Positions 49,975 through 63,621 of a stretch of DNA of 64,000 nucleotides are shown piece after piece; the first letter of the stretch is position 1; each line of letters opens with the position of its first letter. The notes under the pieces are model-generated. The model worked only from the letters and a program-made list of their open reading frames with translations. It had not been told where the DNA came from and ran no database searches. The DNA is from Leucoraja erinacea (Eukaryota): contig NC_073386.1 in the NCBI RefSeq assembly GCF_028641065.1, forward strand, positions 41,168,001 through 41,232,000, in the 5' to 3' direction. Made by a program: the position numbers and the translations under genes.

Positions 49975-51965
49975 GCTAAATTTACATACCATAAACGGCA
50001 GGAGACTTGGGAACATTGATGTTCAGAGGGATCTTGTGGTGTAAGTCCATAGCTCCCTGAAAGTGGCAATACAAGTAGATTGGATTTTAAATGAGGCCTA
50101 TGGTATGTTTTCCATCATTGGTTGGGGCATTCAGGAGCGGAGATCCCGGGGGGCCAGGGGACACCCCCCCCCCCCTGTTTTAAGAGGTGGGGGACGATCC
50201 TCCCCCCCTCCCCCCCCCCCCCCCCCCCCCCCCATTTTTTGTAATGCGGATTGTAAAACGCGGTGAAATCTCCACTTTCCGTGAGATAGTGGGGGTGGGA
50301 CTGATGATCGAGGGCGCTGATTGAACGAGAGAGACGTCGATCAGTAGGCAAGGCGGGATATGATGCTTCAGCACGAAGGTTGCAGGAGGGAGGTGTCGGT
50401 AAGAGGCGGAAGTAGGGGGGTGGGACTGAGGATAGAGCACGGTGATTGGAGGAGGGAGATGTCCGTGGAGCAAAGATCATGGAGCAGAATTTGAATTGCA
50501 TGCCTAGGTCATAGGTCACAAGTGAAAAACACTCTTGGCAGCCCGGGACACAGACCTGCGCCTCATCCTCAGCCAGGATAGACCTCGGGTCTCCGGCACC
50601 GCAATCGCTGCCGAAACGCCACTGGACCATACCCGTCCCATCCGAGTGCCCCCTCCCTACGCCCGGGTGTGGCCAGAGATGTCGGGAATCAGACGGGAGC
50701 AGTGCCTCCAGGTCCACAGCCAGCGCAGAGAAGAAGCACTAAATCCAGCTCAACTCTGCCTGTCCCGCCAGGTTAACCTTCAGCCCTGCCTGGACTTGCA
50801 GGAACGACGGCCCAGGCTTACAGCCAGCGCGGAGAAGCAGTGTTAGCTCCACGGCTCCGGACTGGTGCCCCGCTCAACTCTGCCTATCTTGGAGGGTAAC
50901 CTACAGCCCAGCCTGGACTAACGGGACACCAGTCCGGAGCTAGCGCTGCTTCCCCGTGCTGGCAGTAAATCTGGGCCGTCGTTCCCGTAATTACCGTTCA
51001 CAGGGCCCATGGCTGAAGCCTCGCGTGTGTCTCTGAGTCTGCGCATGTGCGCGCAGCCGCCAAGAAATTGTGTGTCCCTGGTCCCCCATGTTTTGATAGC
51101 GATTTCCGTGCCTGGGGGCATTGATTGTAAGAATAATCATTTTTTATCCCAAGTTGGAAATGTCAAATACCAAAGGGCATAGCTTTGAGATGAGATGAAG
51201 AAAGTTTAAAAGAAATATGCAGGGCAAGATTTTTTGTAACATCGAGTGGTAGACATTTAAAACTCACTGCCTGGCATGGTGGTGGAAGCAGATACACTAA
51301 TGGTATCGAAGTGGCTTTTATGCAGGTAAATCAGGGATATGGATCATGTTCAGGCAGAAGAGATTAGTTTAATTTATCATCATGTATTTATCATCATGTT
51401 CTCAGAGTCAGGAAGTCATGTTGCCGCTGTATAACACGTAGGTTGGACGCATCAGGAATATAATGTGCCGTTCTGATTGCCCCATTGCAAGAAGGATGCA
51501 AAGCCTTTGGAGAGGGTGCACCAAGATAGTGCCTTGATTAGAGATTAATCGCTATAAGAAGAGGTAGAACAAATGTGTTTTCTCAGGAGCTTTGGAGGCT
51601 GAAGGGAGACCTGATAGAAGTATGTAAAATTATGGGAAGCACCGATGGGGTAGATAACAGGTTCGGAATGTCAAACACTAAAGGGCATAGCTTTGTTGAG
51701 AGGAGGGACGTTTAAAGTTAATGTGCAAGGCAAGGATTTTACATAGAAAGTGGTCAGTGTTTGTAACGTGCAGCCGCTTGTAACGTGTAGTGTGGCCGCA
51801 GACACAGTTATGATGTTTAACGGACATTTAAACAAACATGTACACATGCAGGGATATGGATCGTGTGCAGGCACATGGGGTTAGTTGAATCTGGTTTCTT
51901 GGTTGACACTGACATCGTAGGCCAAAGTGTCTGGTCCTGTGCTGTACTGTTCGATATTATGTTTT
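49975..51965 (+). mobile_element. CR1 3' fragments interrupted by a hAT element
   Basis: QRDL.V.VHSSLKVA.QVD...AYGM...IGWGI continues after 51122; 3' UTR near 51900-51960. Confidence 0.75.
50132..51114. mobile_element. Non-autonomous hAT transposon, 983 bp
   Basis: TIR CAGGAGCGGAGATC...GATTTCCGTGCCTG; perfect 8-bp TSD GGGGCATT at 50124-50131 and 51115-51122. Confidence 0.88.
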
Positions 51966-53124
51966 ATGTCTATACCAGCATCACCTAGAGTTCTTGTCAG
52001 AGAGAAATCTTGCCTATCACTATTTACTTGAAAAGATAATAACTAGCTACAAAGAGGTGCCTGAAAAATCATCATGTTCAATGCCCACCTCCGTATTCAA
52101 ATTTAAAGCTGGAATAGGAAATGCTTCAATAGGTTGCTTTTGATGCTTAGACAGAAAGTGGTAAAGCATTTGCAGATTAGGGTGATGGGCTAAATGGCCC
52201 CCTTTTCCATTTTAGTTTTTACAAAGTTATTGGCTTCAGGGTGAAAGAAATGTAATGGAGAACAAAACAAAGATGAACAACAAACTCAATTTGAACCAAA
52301 CCACAGCGTGCATGCTTTATCTAAAATTGCCTTTTGCTTTGTTGCTCATGCATTACATCATTCTCATTTGTCGAAATCAAAAAGCTGTCACTCATTTCTC
52401 CATGAGTGTCCTTTATCTGCTGTAGACCTGAACTTGCACATCTCGTAAATGTGGCTAATCGCATTTAATTGCTTCATATGATGCTATCGCACTATGCTCA
52501 ATTTTAAAATATCTATATTCATCTATAATGGTTCATCGAGCTTTAGAAGGGTTAATTTTTTCAGGATTTCTATTCCACGACATAATCAAACAAGATTTTA
52601 CATCAACACTTAAGTAAATTTGGCAGAAGATTTACGTTTGCTTGCTCCGATTTTTGTAGCCTTGAAATATAATAAAGTTGTCAGATGCTTTATGTTGATA
52701 ATTGTGAGTTTAAAACCAATAATGCAAAGAACTGGGGTGTAATTCATGGCAAATTGTATTTGTAACTTTCTTCCAAAAATCCAAATAACAATGGCTTTGC
52801 CCAATTGTTACCTGAGTAAAATTCAATTTTTATTTCACAAGAATATTTAGGGGTTAGTGTTTTGTGGGAACAGTGGGCACACACAGATTATTTTCTATAG
52901 CACAAACCAGTGGCTTCACAAAATAGGTGCAAGTCTCTTGTCCATAACGTTATGCGCAATAACATGGAGTTGTCTGATCCCAGATTTTAATGGACATTTT
53001 CAATAATAAAAATATGGTCTGTGATTCACCAAAAATAAATAAGTCAGCCCAGATGGATTTTTGGAATGTGCAATAGCAAAATGTACATTGGTCTAAAAGG
53101 GCACTAAGATTTATTGGCATGGAG

Positions 53125-53296
53125 AACAGGAACTGTAGGAAAGAACTGCAGGTGCTGGTTTAAATCGAAGGTAGACACAAAATGCTGGAGTAACTCAATG
53201 GGACAGGCAGCATCTCTGGAGGGCAGGAAGGAAGGAATGGGTTAGGAAAGAACTGCAAATGCTGGTTGAAATCAAATAGGAAAGAACTGCAGGTAC
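53125..53296 (-). mobile_element. Penelope terminal repeat with reiterated end
   Basis: taggaaagaactgca occurs three times around one terminal-repeat body. Confidence 0.7.
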
Positions 53297-53479
53297 TGTA
53301 TGCTAGTTTAGTTTTTTGCACTCACATGTACCGAAGTACAGTGAAAAGCTTTGCATGCTACCTTGTCAAATAAAGGACTATACCTGGTTTCAATCAAGCC
53401 ATCCGCACTGCACAGATAAAGAATACAGCATTTTATGCAACATAAAGTCCAATTAAAGTTAATTCATTGTTCTTCAATG

Positions 53480-54052
53480 AGGTGGATGGGAAGTCAGGAC
53501 CACACTCTAACTGATGATAGGACCATTCAGTGGCTGATAACAGCTATGAAGAAACTGGCACTAGATCTGGAGGTATGCATTTTCAAACTTCAAACATCTT
53601 GCCCAATGGGAGAGGGGAGAAGAGACTGGTTATTGATTATGCTACAGCCTTGCCGAGGCAGCATGAAGTATAGATGGATTCAACGGAAGGAAAGTTGGTT
53701 TGCGTGATGATCTGGGCTACGTCCACAACTCTACAATTTCTTAAGGTCTTGTTTGGAACTGTTCCCAAACCAGGGTGTGATGCATCCCGATAAAATGCTT
53801 TCCACCACATATCTGTAGAAGTTGGTGCACGTTGTTGGGGACATGCTGAACTTCCTAAGTTTTATAAGGAGGTAGAGGTGTTGGTGTGTTTTTTTGCCAT
53901 AGCTTTGACATGGCTGGTCCAGGACAAATTCCTGGAAACATGAAGCTTTCACCTACTTAAACTCCTTCAATGTATATAGGGGTGTGTGTACTATTTAGCA
54001 TCCTGAAGTCATTCACAATCTCCTTTGTCTTGCTGACATTGAGGGAGAGGTC
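53480..54052 (-). mobile_element. Rex1/Babar-like LINE fragment
   Basis: ORF 53731-53952 KKTHQHLYLLIKLRKFSMSP...FYRYVVESILSGCITPWFGN. Confidence 0.7.
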
Positions 54053-54717
54053 TATTTTGCATTTTGAAATGTATGTTAAGAAACATCTGAAATTTAGCAC
54101 TAGAGATAAAAGCTATTCCATTCCTTGTTTTGATCAGTACAACAAACTATCAATAGATAAGAAAGAATGATCCAGAATGTACATTTAGTGATCATTATTG
54201 TATCCAAAATTGATCTGAAATACAGAGCCTAAAATGAACAAAAGGTGAAAGTTGATTTATTTAACATACAGATAGCTTTTGGTTTCATCCTAATTTCTAG
54301 AATGTCTGTTTTCCATACAAGCCACAAGCGAAGTTTCTGAAGTTGACGGCAAATAAAGCTTTGGATTCCAACTCGGTTGTTCTTTCTGGGAAGCATATAT
54401 CATGAAGTCATGATTGATCACAGTTGTGGTACTCCCCACAAATAAAAGTAGGAAAATGAATGCTGGACCATGGAATGCAAAATCACATGCCTTATTTCAG
54501 GATAATCACAAAATATTTGAAATTGTCAACAGGTCAGGCCTCATCTGTTTGAAGAGAAACAGCATTAACATTTTGGGTCAAAGATCCCCATTTCCAGAGT
54601 TGAGAATACAGCCCTTTATCCAAAGCACATGAGCTATGACCACAGTTGGGGGTTTTTTGGGGTATGTGAGCACCAAGGCAAATTCCTTGTATGTGTGCAT
54701 ACTTGGCCAATAAACGT

Positions 54718-54744
54718 ATTCATTCATTCATTCATTCATTCATT
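54718..54744. repeat. (ATTC)n microsatellite at a LINE/SINE tail
   Basis: Follows acttggccaataaac. Confidence 0.8.
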
Positions 54745-55299
54745 TATTAATGAGTAATTGTAGAGCGTTCATTCCTTACTTCAACTCTTTTATATTATTA
54801 ATTGTTCTTTGTTCAATACTGTTTTCATCCATTATAATATGATTTCATCTCCACAGTACCCCCTTATAAGTAAAGAAAGATTGCACTGCACAAGACCTTC
54901 AACAATGACACAGCTTTGTGTCAAATGCGTCATATAATATATTATATAATTCTGCTGATTATATCTTAACGTACTAAGTGTAATTCATCTTTCTCCCTTG
55001 CATTTATTGAACTTTACTGGCCATTAGTCTGATAATAGCTCAGTATTAAAATCCTCAAATTCCACTTCAATGCATTTAATCATTACATCTCATCACCTCT
55101 ACAATCTTTAACCTGAGATGGATTTAAGTCTGCATTTCCCCATTTTGGATTTCTCAACCATTACTAATTTAAGTAAAAGAAGACACAAAGTGCTGAAGTA
55201 ACACAGCGGGTCAGGCAGCATTTTATGGAGTAAAAGGATGGGTGATGTTTCGGGTCAGGACATCTTCAGACCTTGTAACTGAAGGTCTGAATCCAACTA

Positions 55300-57758
55300 A
55301 AGCAGATGGTCTATCCATTTTTAGTGTAACTAGCCTTTCTCATACCTCCTCTGTATTAATTTTTAGCTCATCCAGAATCTCAGTTATATTTTCTTTTGTT
55401 CAGAATCCAGCAACATCATCTTCCTTGGTTAAAACTGATGTGAAAATATTTATTTATTTCACTGCTTCATTTAGTAAGTTACTTTATAGTTTTTGATCAA
55501 CAAAACACCTCTTGCAACCCTTTTCCTATTCATGTTATCAGATAATTATTATTAGATTCACTTTTCCATTTGCTGCCAATTTTTCTCATCCTATCTTCTT
55601 GACTCATTTCCTTTTTACTTCACCTCTGAACTTTCTGTGATCAGTCTAATTCTCACTTTCTTTGACAACAAGACATCTGTTCTTCTGCTTTTTCCTCTAA
55701 CTTTTTGGCTATAATTACCCTAAAGCCCCTGTCCCACTTTCCCAAGTTACTCACAAACTTTCCCGAGTTTTCCCCTTGATTCAAACTCGGAGATGCCATC
55801 CGTAGGTACTCGGGGCTATTATTTTTACTCGTGTACATTTTTCAACGTGCTGAAAAAATGGCCCGACTTACCTGATGCCCCGAGTACCTACGGCTGGCAT
55901 TACGAACCGCTGCGGGCTCCTACGGACTCGCTACGGACATTCTCCGAGTTTGAATCAAGGGGAAAACTCGGGAGAATTTGTAAGTAACTTGGGAAAGTGG
56001 GACAGGGGCTTAACTTTGTTCCCAATAGGATTGTAATTTAACCTAAACTTCTCTACCTTAAAAAGTAATCCATTGCTCAATTACAGTGTTCCCTGCCAAG
56101 CTTTGCTTCACTATTTTCACTTGTTGACACTGGCACCACTCCAATGTATTATTTTTACTTCAGAGTGCTATTTTAAAGTTTATCATGTCACAGTCACTAT
56201 TCCTAGATATACCACTGCTGATACTTACTCCACTTGGCCTGGATTAACTCCCAGAACAGTGCAGACATGTCTCCTTCCTTGTTGGTCCTGAAACATACTG
56301 ATCTGCAAAGGTATCTGTACTTGCTTAAGACATTTATCTCCCTCTTAGTTCTTTATGCTATTGCTATATCAGTCAATGTCAGATAGAACATAAAACACTG
56401 CAGCACAGCCCCTTTGTGTCCAACCCACTGCCAAATTAAACATCCCTTTTGCCTACTGTGATCCCTAGCCCTCCATTCCTGCATATTTACAAACCTATCT
56501 AAAAGTCACTTAAATGCCTATCTGTTTCCACCACCACCCCAGGCAGCATGTTCCAGACACTTACCACTCTCTGTGGGGGGGAAACAAGCACTGCACATCT
56601 CATTTAAACCTTCTCTCCTCAACCGCTGATATCCCAGAGAAAACAATTCAAGTTTTCCAACCTCTTTTTATAGCTATTACCCACTAATCCACCCAGCATT
56701 CAGCAAACATCTTCATCCCCATCTGCAAAACGTCAACTATTCCTTTTTTCCAGAGATGCTGTCTGACCCGCTGAGTTACTCCAGGTTTTTGTGTCCATCT
56801 TTGGATCCTTGTTATTACATTAGTTCATATTTCCCCTGAGGATCCATTACCATGTGGAGATCCTTAATTAATCCTGTCTCATTACATATGACCAGATCTA
56901 AAAATGCTTGTTCCTTGAGTGATTTCATGATGTTTTGTTCTCAGAAACAGTCCCTTAAATGCAGATGGCCTCATCATCTAGACTACTCTTGAGTATTTGA
57001 TTTATTCGATCTACATGAAGCCTAAAGTCACCTTTGTAACTTCCTTACAAGCCCCCATTATTTATTGATTCAGACTCTGTCATGCAGACATTGTTAAAGA
57101 CCCTGTGGCCCATTCCTACTGTTCACTTCTTTCCCTTGCTCTTTTTAGTTTTAACCAAACTAATTTTACATATTCACATTTCTTCTGAACCAAGATAATT
57201 TCTTACTAATTACTGCTCATCCTTTATTAGCAAAGCTGCACTACCTCCTTTTCATATTGACCTATTCTGCCAAAAACCCTGAAATAATTAATTTGCAGCC
57301 TTGGTATCCTGCCACCAGCTCTAGCTAATGGTGATCACATCATGCCCATTTATGTCTGCCATTGCCATCAGTTCTGGGTGCAGATGCTGTATGCATTCAA
57401 ATAACCTTCCCTGTTTCCCCCACCCCCTGCTCCTCCATCTCTTCCTGAGCACTCTCGACAGCTCCAGTTAATTAATTTTCCGGGATGCTTGTTATAACTA
57501 ACTGAAGTGAAACCGTTTTTAACATAATATATCTCTTGTTCCCCACTAGTAATGCCAGTGCCCTGTGAATTGAATCTTATTTCTGCCAAATCAATTTTTT
57601 GTCATGCTTTTAATTATCTGATCTTTTGGCCCTATGTGAATTTCCGTGTGGCTCAGACAACAATCTGGACATTTTAATTTTGTGTTTCTGTTCATATTCC
57701 CTTAATAGAACCTCTTGCTCAGGCCTAGGTACGTTATTAATACCTATGTGAATTATGA
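55300..57758 (-). mobile_element. Old CR1 (ORF1 esterase and endonuclease region) with nested insertions
   Basis: ORF 57610-57801 VIIHIGINNV...EVLLREY resembles the CR1 ORF1 SGNH esterase motif VHIGTND; YLNAYSI start of the APE domain near 57380. Confidence 0.6.
55724..56010. mobile_element. PIF/Harbinger MITE with ~70-bp TIRs
   Basis: AGCCCCTGTCCCACTTTCCCAAGTTAC...GTAACTTGGGAAAGTGGGACAGGGGCT; TAA TSD at 55721-55723 and 56011-56013. Confidence 0.9.
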
Positions 57759-58600
57759 CAGGGTTGCCAACTCTCACGCTTTGAGTGTGAGAATAACGCA
57801 TTTGGGCAAATTCTCACGCTGATCACAAATTTCTCACGCTCTGTCGTGAGAAATTCTGTGATCAATGAAAATTTCAAAACTCATATCAACTGCATGGGCC
57901 GCAGGTGTTGGAGAGCCGGGGCTGAGGGGGGGAAGCAGCGGGCGGGGACAGATGCGGGAAGCCGGGGCTGGCAAGTGTTTACCGTGCTGGCGAGTATTTC
58001 TGGGCTGGCGAGTTGCTCGCTGCAGCTCCGGCCATGGAGCAGCTTCAGTGCAAGAGTCCCGGGCCGTCGGAGGCGTCGGAAGCGTTGCGCCACTGCCGTG
58101 AGAGTCTCTGTTCCGAAGGGACAGAGACTCAAAGGGAGGGGGAGAGATAGAGGGAAAGGAGACAGGGAGACAGTGGGGGGGGAGAGAGAGAGAGAGAGGG
58201 GCGAGACAGAGGGGGAGAGAATGGGGGGAGAGGGAGAAGAGAGAGAGAGAGAGAGAGAGAGGGGAAGGAGAAGAGTGAGAGGGAGGGGGAGAGAGAAAGA
58301 GAGGGGGGAGAAAGGGAGGGAAGAGGGGGTGGAGAGGGAGAGGGGAGGAGAGAAGGGAAGAGAGGGGTGGTAAGAGGGAGAGAGGGGGGAAAGAGAGAAA
58401 TGGGGGAAAGAGGGAGAGAGGGGGGCAAAGCAAAAGAGAGACAGAGGAGAAAGAGAGGGGAGGGAGAGGGTGGAGAGCAAGGGGGATTGTTGTGTTATGA
58501 ATACCACAGAAAATATTATGTACTCTCAAGATCACATTTAATAGAATAATATTGCTTAAATATATAGTTATTGGACTTTGCATTTCGGAAAAGTCCCAGC
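57759..58600. mobile_element. hAT-like element, left end only
   Basis: Starts CAGGGTTGCCAAC with subterminal TCTCACGCT repeats in both orientations; no matching right TIR found. Confidence 0.55.
58131..58485. repeat. GA-rich polypurine low-complexity tract
   Basis: About 350 nt almost entirely G/A; source of the spurious long ORFs here. Confidence 0.9.
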
Positions 58601-60907
58601 TGAGAGGAAGACAGCAAATATTGGGGGTGAAAATGACTTCAGGACAGTTTGTTAGGAAAATGAAATAAATGGTACAGAACACTTATACAGCTGAGTGAGT
58701 ATAATTTTATGGATGAGAAATTGTGTTCAACCAATTCATGACTTCTTTGACAAAGTAACTAGCATGTTAGATAACAAGGAAGCCAATGGATGGAGCAAAT
58801 TTTGTCATACAAAATTTGGTCCGTGAAGTGCCCCATAAAAAATGATCGCATTAGATAAGCAGCTGCAGACTTAAACGTAATAGGTTAAGTCCAGGAGCTC
58901 AGATATGAGGCACTATGTGTGGGCCAGATATATTGTCAGTGCAGAGGGGCTAGGAGCAAGGCCAAATGTGCATCCAGAGTCAAGGTCTGGAATAGTATTA
59001 GGTGTGCCGTCAAAGCTTGGACCAGGGGAGTGTTCAGCACTGGGAACCTAAGCAGGTAAGCAGCTGTGATCAGGGTAGAATAGGGGGCCAGGTGTAAGGC
59101 TTGACTCGGGGTCAGGAATGAGAGAAGGTATGCAACTGGAGTCAGGGTCAGGAGTAGTACCAGGTTTGCAGTGAGACCCAGGTTGGTCAACATGGGCCAT
59201 GTTTGATTATAATCTGATTTCCATACATGAATATACTAAGATCATTCATGTGTTGCTGGTGTTGATCAGAGCCTGGCTCTACTGTGGAATGTAATTAGGA
59301 ATGTAATTTAGTCTAAACTTATTCATATCTAATCCAATTTAAAGCATATATATTGCATTCAAGTGTAAGTTAAAAGACTCACTACAGTATGCACCATATT
59401 GCACAATTTCAAGCTGAAAAAATGCAAAAGCCCCGTACCAATGGGAGCGGGGAAAAACCCTCCTCCCACCTCCTATCTCAGCTCTTCCACAGTGTCTGCC
59501 GGAACCACTCACCAGTTGGATGTGGAGTTGCTGCGGATCCCCCTGATCCCCATTCCTACCTTGCTCATTATCACAGTAATGTTTCCATGAACACAGGCTA
59601 TTCCTAATGTTCTCAACCTAAGAGGTATGACTGACTCCTGGAACAAAGTATCCTGTCTCACTGAAACACCACAGCAAGCCTGCAAATGGCAGTGTCCACA
59701 TGCAGCTGCTGCCCTTGTCTTCGTGGTGGCAAAGTTCATTGTTTGGCAAGGTATTAATGCAGGTGATAACAGTATATTTTGGAGATGATTGTTGTTCATT
59801 GGTGGCGGAAAGAGTACACTTTAGGATGGGGTGCCAATCAAATGTCAATCCAATCAAATGGGCTGTTTTGCCTTCCATGAACAACCTCAGGAATTGTGGG
59901 AACTTCAACCAGGAAATTGGAGACCATTCCATCATAGTCCTATTGACCATATATCTCCATTTGCCGACATATGGTTAAAGGGTTTTGGGTTACAGTTTTT
60001 ATGAGGTTATTTCATTTTAATTTCTGGTCATTAGTGAACCCCAGGATGTTGATAATCAGGGTCTCAGCTTTAATAATTGCATTAGGTTTCAAGGGGAAGT
60101 TTGTAGACCTTCTTGTTGGGGATACCTGGCATCACAATGGCTCATTTTGTCACATCATCCCAAGCCTTAATTTTGTCCAGGTTTTGCAGAATCCGGGCAT
60201 GGTTTGCTCCACTTTCTAAGATGGATATTACTAATACTCACTAATAATGGATATTAGCACTGCAATCATCAATGAACATCCCCATTTCTGAATTTATTAT
60301 GGAAGAAAGGTCACTTATGAAGCAGCTGAAGATGGATGGGCGTAAGACAATGACGAGGAATTCCAGCAGGACTGAAATAATTGAGTTTCAACAACCACAG
60401 TCCTATAGATGTCTCAGTCATGCTTTCTAGACATTTGTGTGAAGTATGACTCCCAACTACTGTAATGTTTTCTGTTTAATGCCCATTGATTTCAGTTTTA
60501 CTGGGGATCTTTGGAGTTGTAGACACATACAACATGGAAACTGGTCCATCACCTCAACGTATTCATATAAACCGTGTGCCCATCTAATCCCATTTGCCAA
60601 CATTAACCCATATGCCACTCCTTGATGTCACTCTCTGTCAAATACTACTTTGATATCAATGGCAGTCCACTCTCATCTCCACTGGGGAAATAAGCTCTAT
60701 GATAGATTTTACGCCAAGGCATTGGAAAGGACTGAAGCCACGTAGTCTGGCAAGACCCGAATATCTCTGTACCTTAACTGGTGCATGTGACAAATGTGAA
60801 CTTGAACTTGAACTTGAACCCAGAATGAGCACCATTGAACAGGTAATTAGTGAATAAGTGACACTTGTTAATGCTGTAGATACTGCACCTCACCTCCAAT
60901 TTTTTCA

Positions 60908-61185
60908 AGCTGTAGTGCTGCTGCCTTACAGCACCAGAGACCTAGGTTTGATCCTGACTACGGGTCCTGTCTACGGAATTTGTATGTTCTCCCTGTGACC
61001 GCATGGGTTTTCTCCGGGTGCTTCGGTTTCCTCCCACGCACCAAAGACGTACAGGTTTGTAGGTTATTTAGCTTCAGTTAAATTGTCCCTAGTGTGTCCC
61101 TTGGATAGTATTAGTGTATCACTGGTCAGCGTGGACTTAGTGGGCTGAAGTGCCTGTGTCCGCACTGTAACTCTAAACTCTAAAG
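60908..61185 (+). mobile_element. V-SINE (HE1-like)
   Basis: gctgccttacagcaccagagacctaggtttgatcctgactacgg...ggtttcctcccacgcaccaaagacgtacagg. Confidence 0.85.
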
Positions 61186-62619
61186 AAATAGAATTGTTCT
61201 CCAATAGCGGAAAGCTATTCATTGTTTGTTGTCTCCATTTCAAAAACTAGATCACACTGTTTCATTCTGAGTACGAAACGAAGCAAATCATTATCTCTTT
61301 GTAAGATGCCAAAAGTATTTGGGACATTTTAATCTGAATGATTCTGCTCACGCACATGCTAGCACCCTTGACTCCAGGGGGGAAGATCATTTGCTTGTTT
61401 GGCAAGCAGAATGATGCCTGTGCTTTTTTTTTTTGGACATATTTTGTTTTTAATTTAGATTTGCATCACCTTTTCCTGTTGTATGAATAATACAATATGC
61501 ACATTCACCTAATTTCTGTTTATGTGACATTATACAATGTGTAAATTAGTGATCACATTTTACCCCTTGCAATTTACCAAAGATGTGTAGTTCATGCTTC
61601 CTAGACATTTGTGAGATGTGTATTAAGTACTGGTCCTTTCATTTTTATATAAATACCACTAAACATACAAGGGAATTATTCTGGGTCAACTTCAAATGCT
61701 TGAATTCCACATCAGCTCATCAAAAACCCACCTATTTTCACTGACAGCTATAAATTATGCCTCCCAATTTTAAGAATACCCTGGACTGTTTATGGAATTT
61801 GCTTAATGTAAAGTAGAAATAATCAGAGCAAACATTTTTTCTTTTGTCTGAAATACAATTTTCATTATAATTTAACACATGATTTATGATTTAAAAAATG
61901 TAATTTAGGTGCTTTAAAGATCTCTGCTAGTGCATTATAGCCGCTGGTGCAGAAAGCATACTGTTATTTAGTTGATTGACAAGCAATGAAAATTATCACT
62001 GACATAGCCTGTGCTGCTGTGAAGTGCCTGAGGTTAGAATTGAATGACTTTGAGCTTTGTATAATAAATGGAACTGCGGGCCAGTGTACAATACCATTGC
62101 TGAGGTTTTTTTTCAGGTACTAGTAGTGTGCAGGAGCATGAGAATAAGCCGGCAGTGATTGTTGTAATTGCTTGCCTGCGGTGATAACAGCTTCCAAAAC
62201 CTGCTCTGAATGATAATGAGATCTATGGGGGGGAAGGATGGAGAAAATGCCCGAATGAAGAGAAAAACAACAAAATGTGGACTAGCAACTGAATGATCTT
62301 TCATTCCTTTTGTAAATGCTTTGCTGAAACAACAACTATAGCCAGCAATTAAGGGTCTGGCTAGACACTGCTATTTCGACCATCGAAGTTGTGTCCCATT
62401 ACATTGTGAGTCGCGATTATTGTCTTATGCACTACATGGGGCATGTGATGAAAATTTTGCTTGCAGCAACATCACAGGCACAGAGACTCAAATAATACCG
62501 AAAATATAAATTATGCAAGTCGGTGGGAAAAAAAGACTGCAAAAATGAGACATTAGTGACAAATACAATAAAAAAACAAGTTCATGTTTGTGCAAATGGT
62601 AGTCAATAGTGTTCCATTG

Positions 62620-63440
62620 TTGAGGTAGGATTAGGGTTGTGTGGGTCAGTTTGAGAATCTGATGATTGTAGGAATATAGCTGAACTTGGTTTGGTATTGT
62701 GGGACTTCAGGCTTCTATGTCTCCTGCTGATGGTAACATTGATAAGAGGGCGCGGCCCAGATAGTGGGAATCGTAGATGTTAGATGCCGCCATCTTGAGA
62801 CAGTGCCATATCCAGTTGCTTTTGATGATGGGGAGGGCTCAATCCTTAATGGACCATGCTGAGTGCTCCACTCTCTGCAGTTGCGTCCTTTCCCTTGGAA
62901 TTATCATATCAGACCATGATGCCACACGTCTGGATAATTTTTAAAATACATCTACATTGATATGTTTACATTGTAGAAGTTTGTTAGAATATTTAGGAAA
63001 GGCCAAACCTCTTTAAACTTATAAGAAAATAGAAGTGCTGGCATACTTAATCTCCTAGCACTTCTGGGTAGATATTATTACATCTATCTGCTGGGCCCAG
63101 GACAGGTCTTACAAGATGTCAACGCCCAGGAATTTGAAGCTGCTAACTCTCTTTACTGATGACACACCAATGAAAACCGACAAGTGGTCTTCTGACTTCC
63201 TCTTCCTGAAGTCAATGATTCGTTCCTTGGTTTTGTTGGAAGTTGAGTGAGAGTTTGTTGTTGCGGCATCACTCAGTCAGGGTTTCTATCTCTCCTGTAC
63301 GCTGATTCATCACCACTGGTGATTTGGCCAACAACCCTAGTTTCAGCTGCCGATTTATAGATGCCATTGGTCCTGCGCATAGAAACGCAGTCATGGGTGT
63401 AGAGAGAGTAGAACAGGGAGCAACGCACACGGTCTTGAGG
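62620..63440 (-). mobile_element. Rex1/Babar-like LINE RT fragment
   Basis: Minus strand PQDRVRCSLFYSLYTHDC, LNFQQNQG..IDFRK, SFKFLGV motifs. Confidence 0.7.
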
Positions 63441-63621
63441 AGCAAAAGGGGATACTGAACCCCTGATCAGCTCTTTCTTGTCTGCTTAGTTGAAGCCGCA
63501 CTCTTAAGCCTGTGTGAATATGCTGCTGTCATTTAGAAAATATTTTAATTATTTTCTTTTGTCACATCAAGGTTTGTGTTTTTCATTTTTCCTTTGGTGT
63601 CTCTTGCAATTAGCGTGTTAA

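Noticed and set aside
50115-50846. 200-aa and 103-aa ORFs as a transposase or captured gene
   Set aside because: No hAT transposase motifs; the ORFs run through poly-C/G tracts inside a non-autonomous element.
57834-58682. Longest ORFs in the track (282, 208 and 175 aa)
   Set aside because: Produced by a GA/TC low-complexity tract that lacks stop codons; no domain signature.
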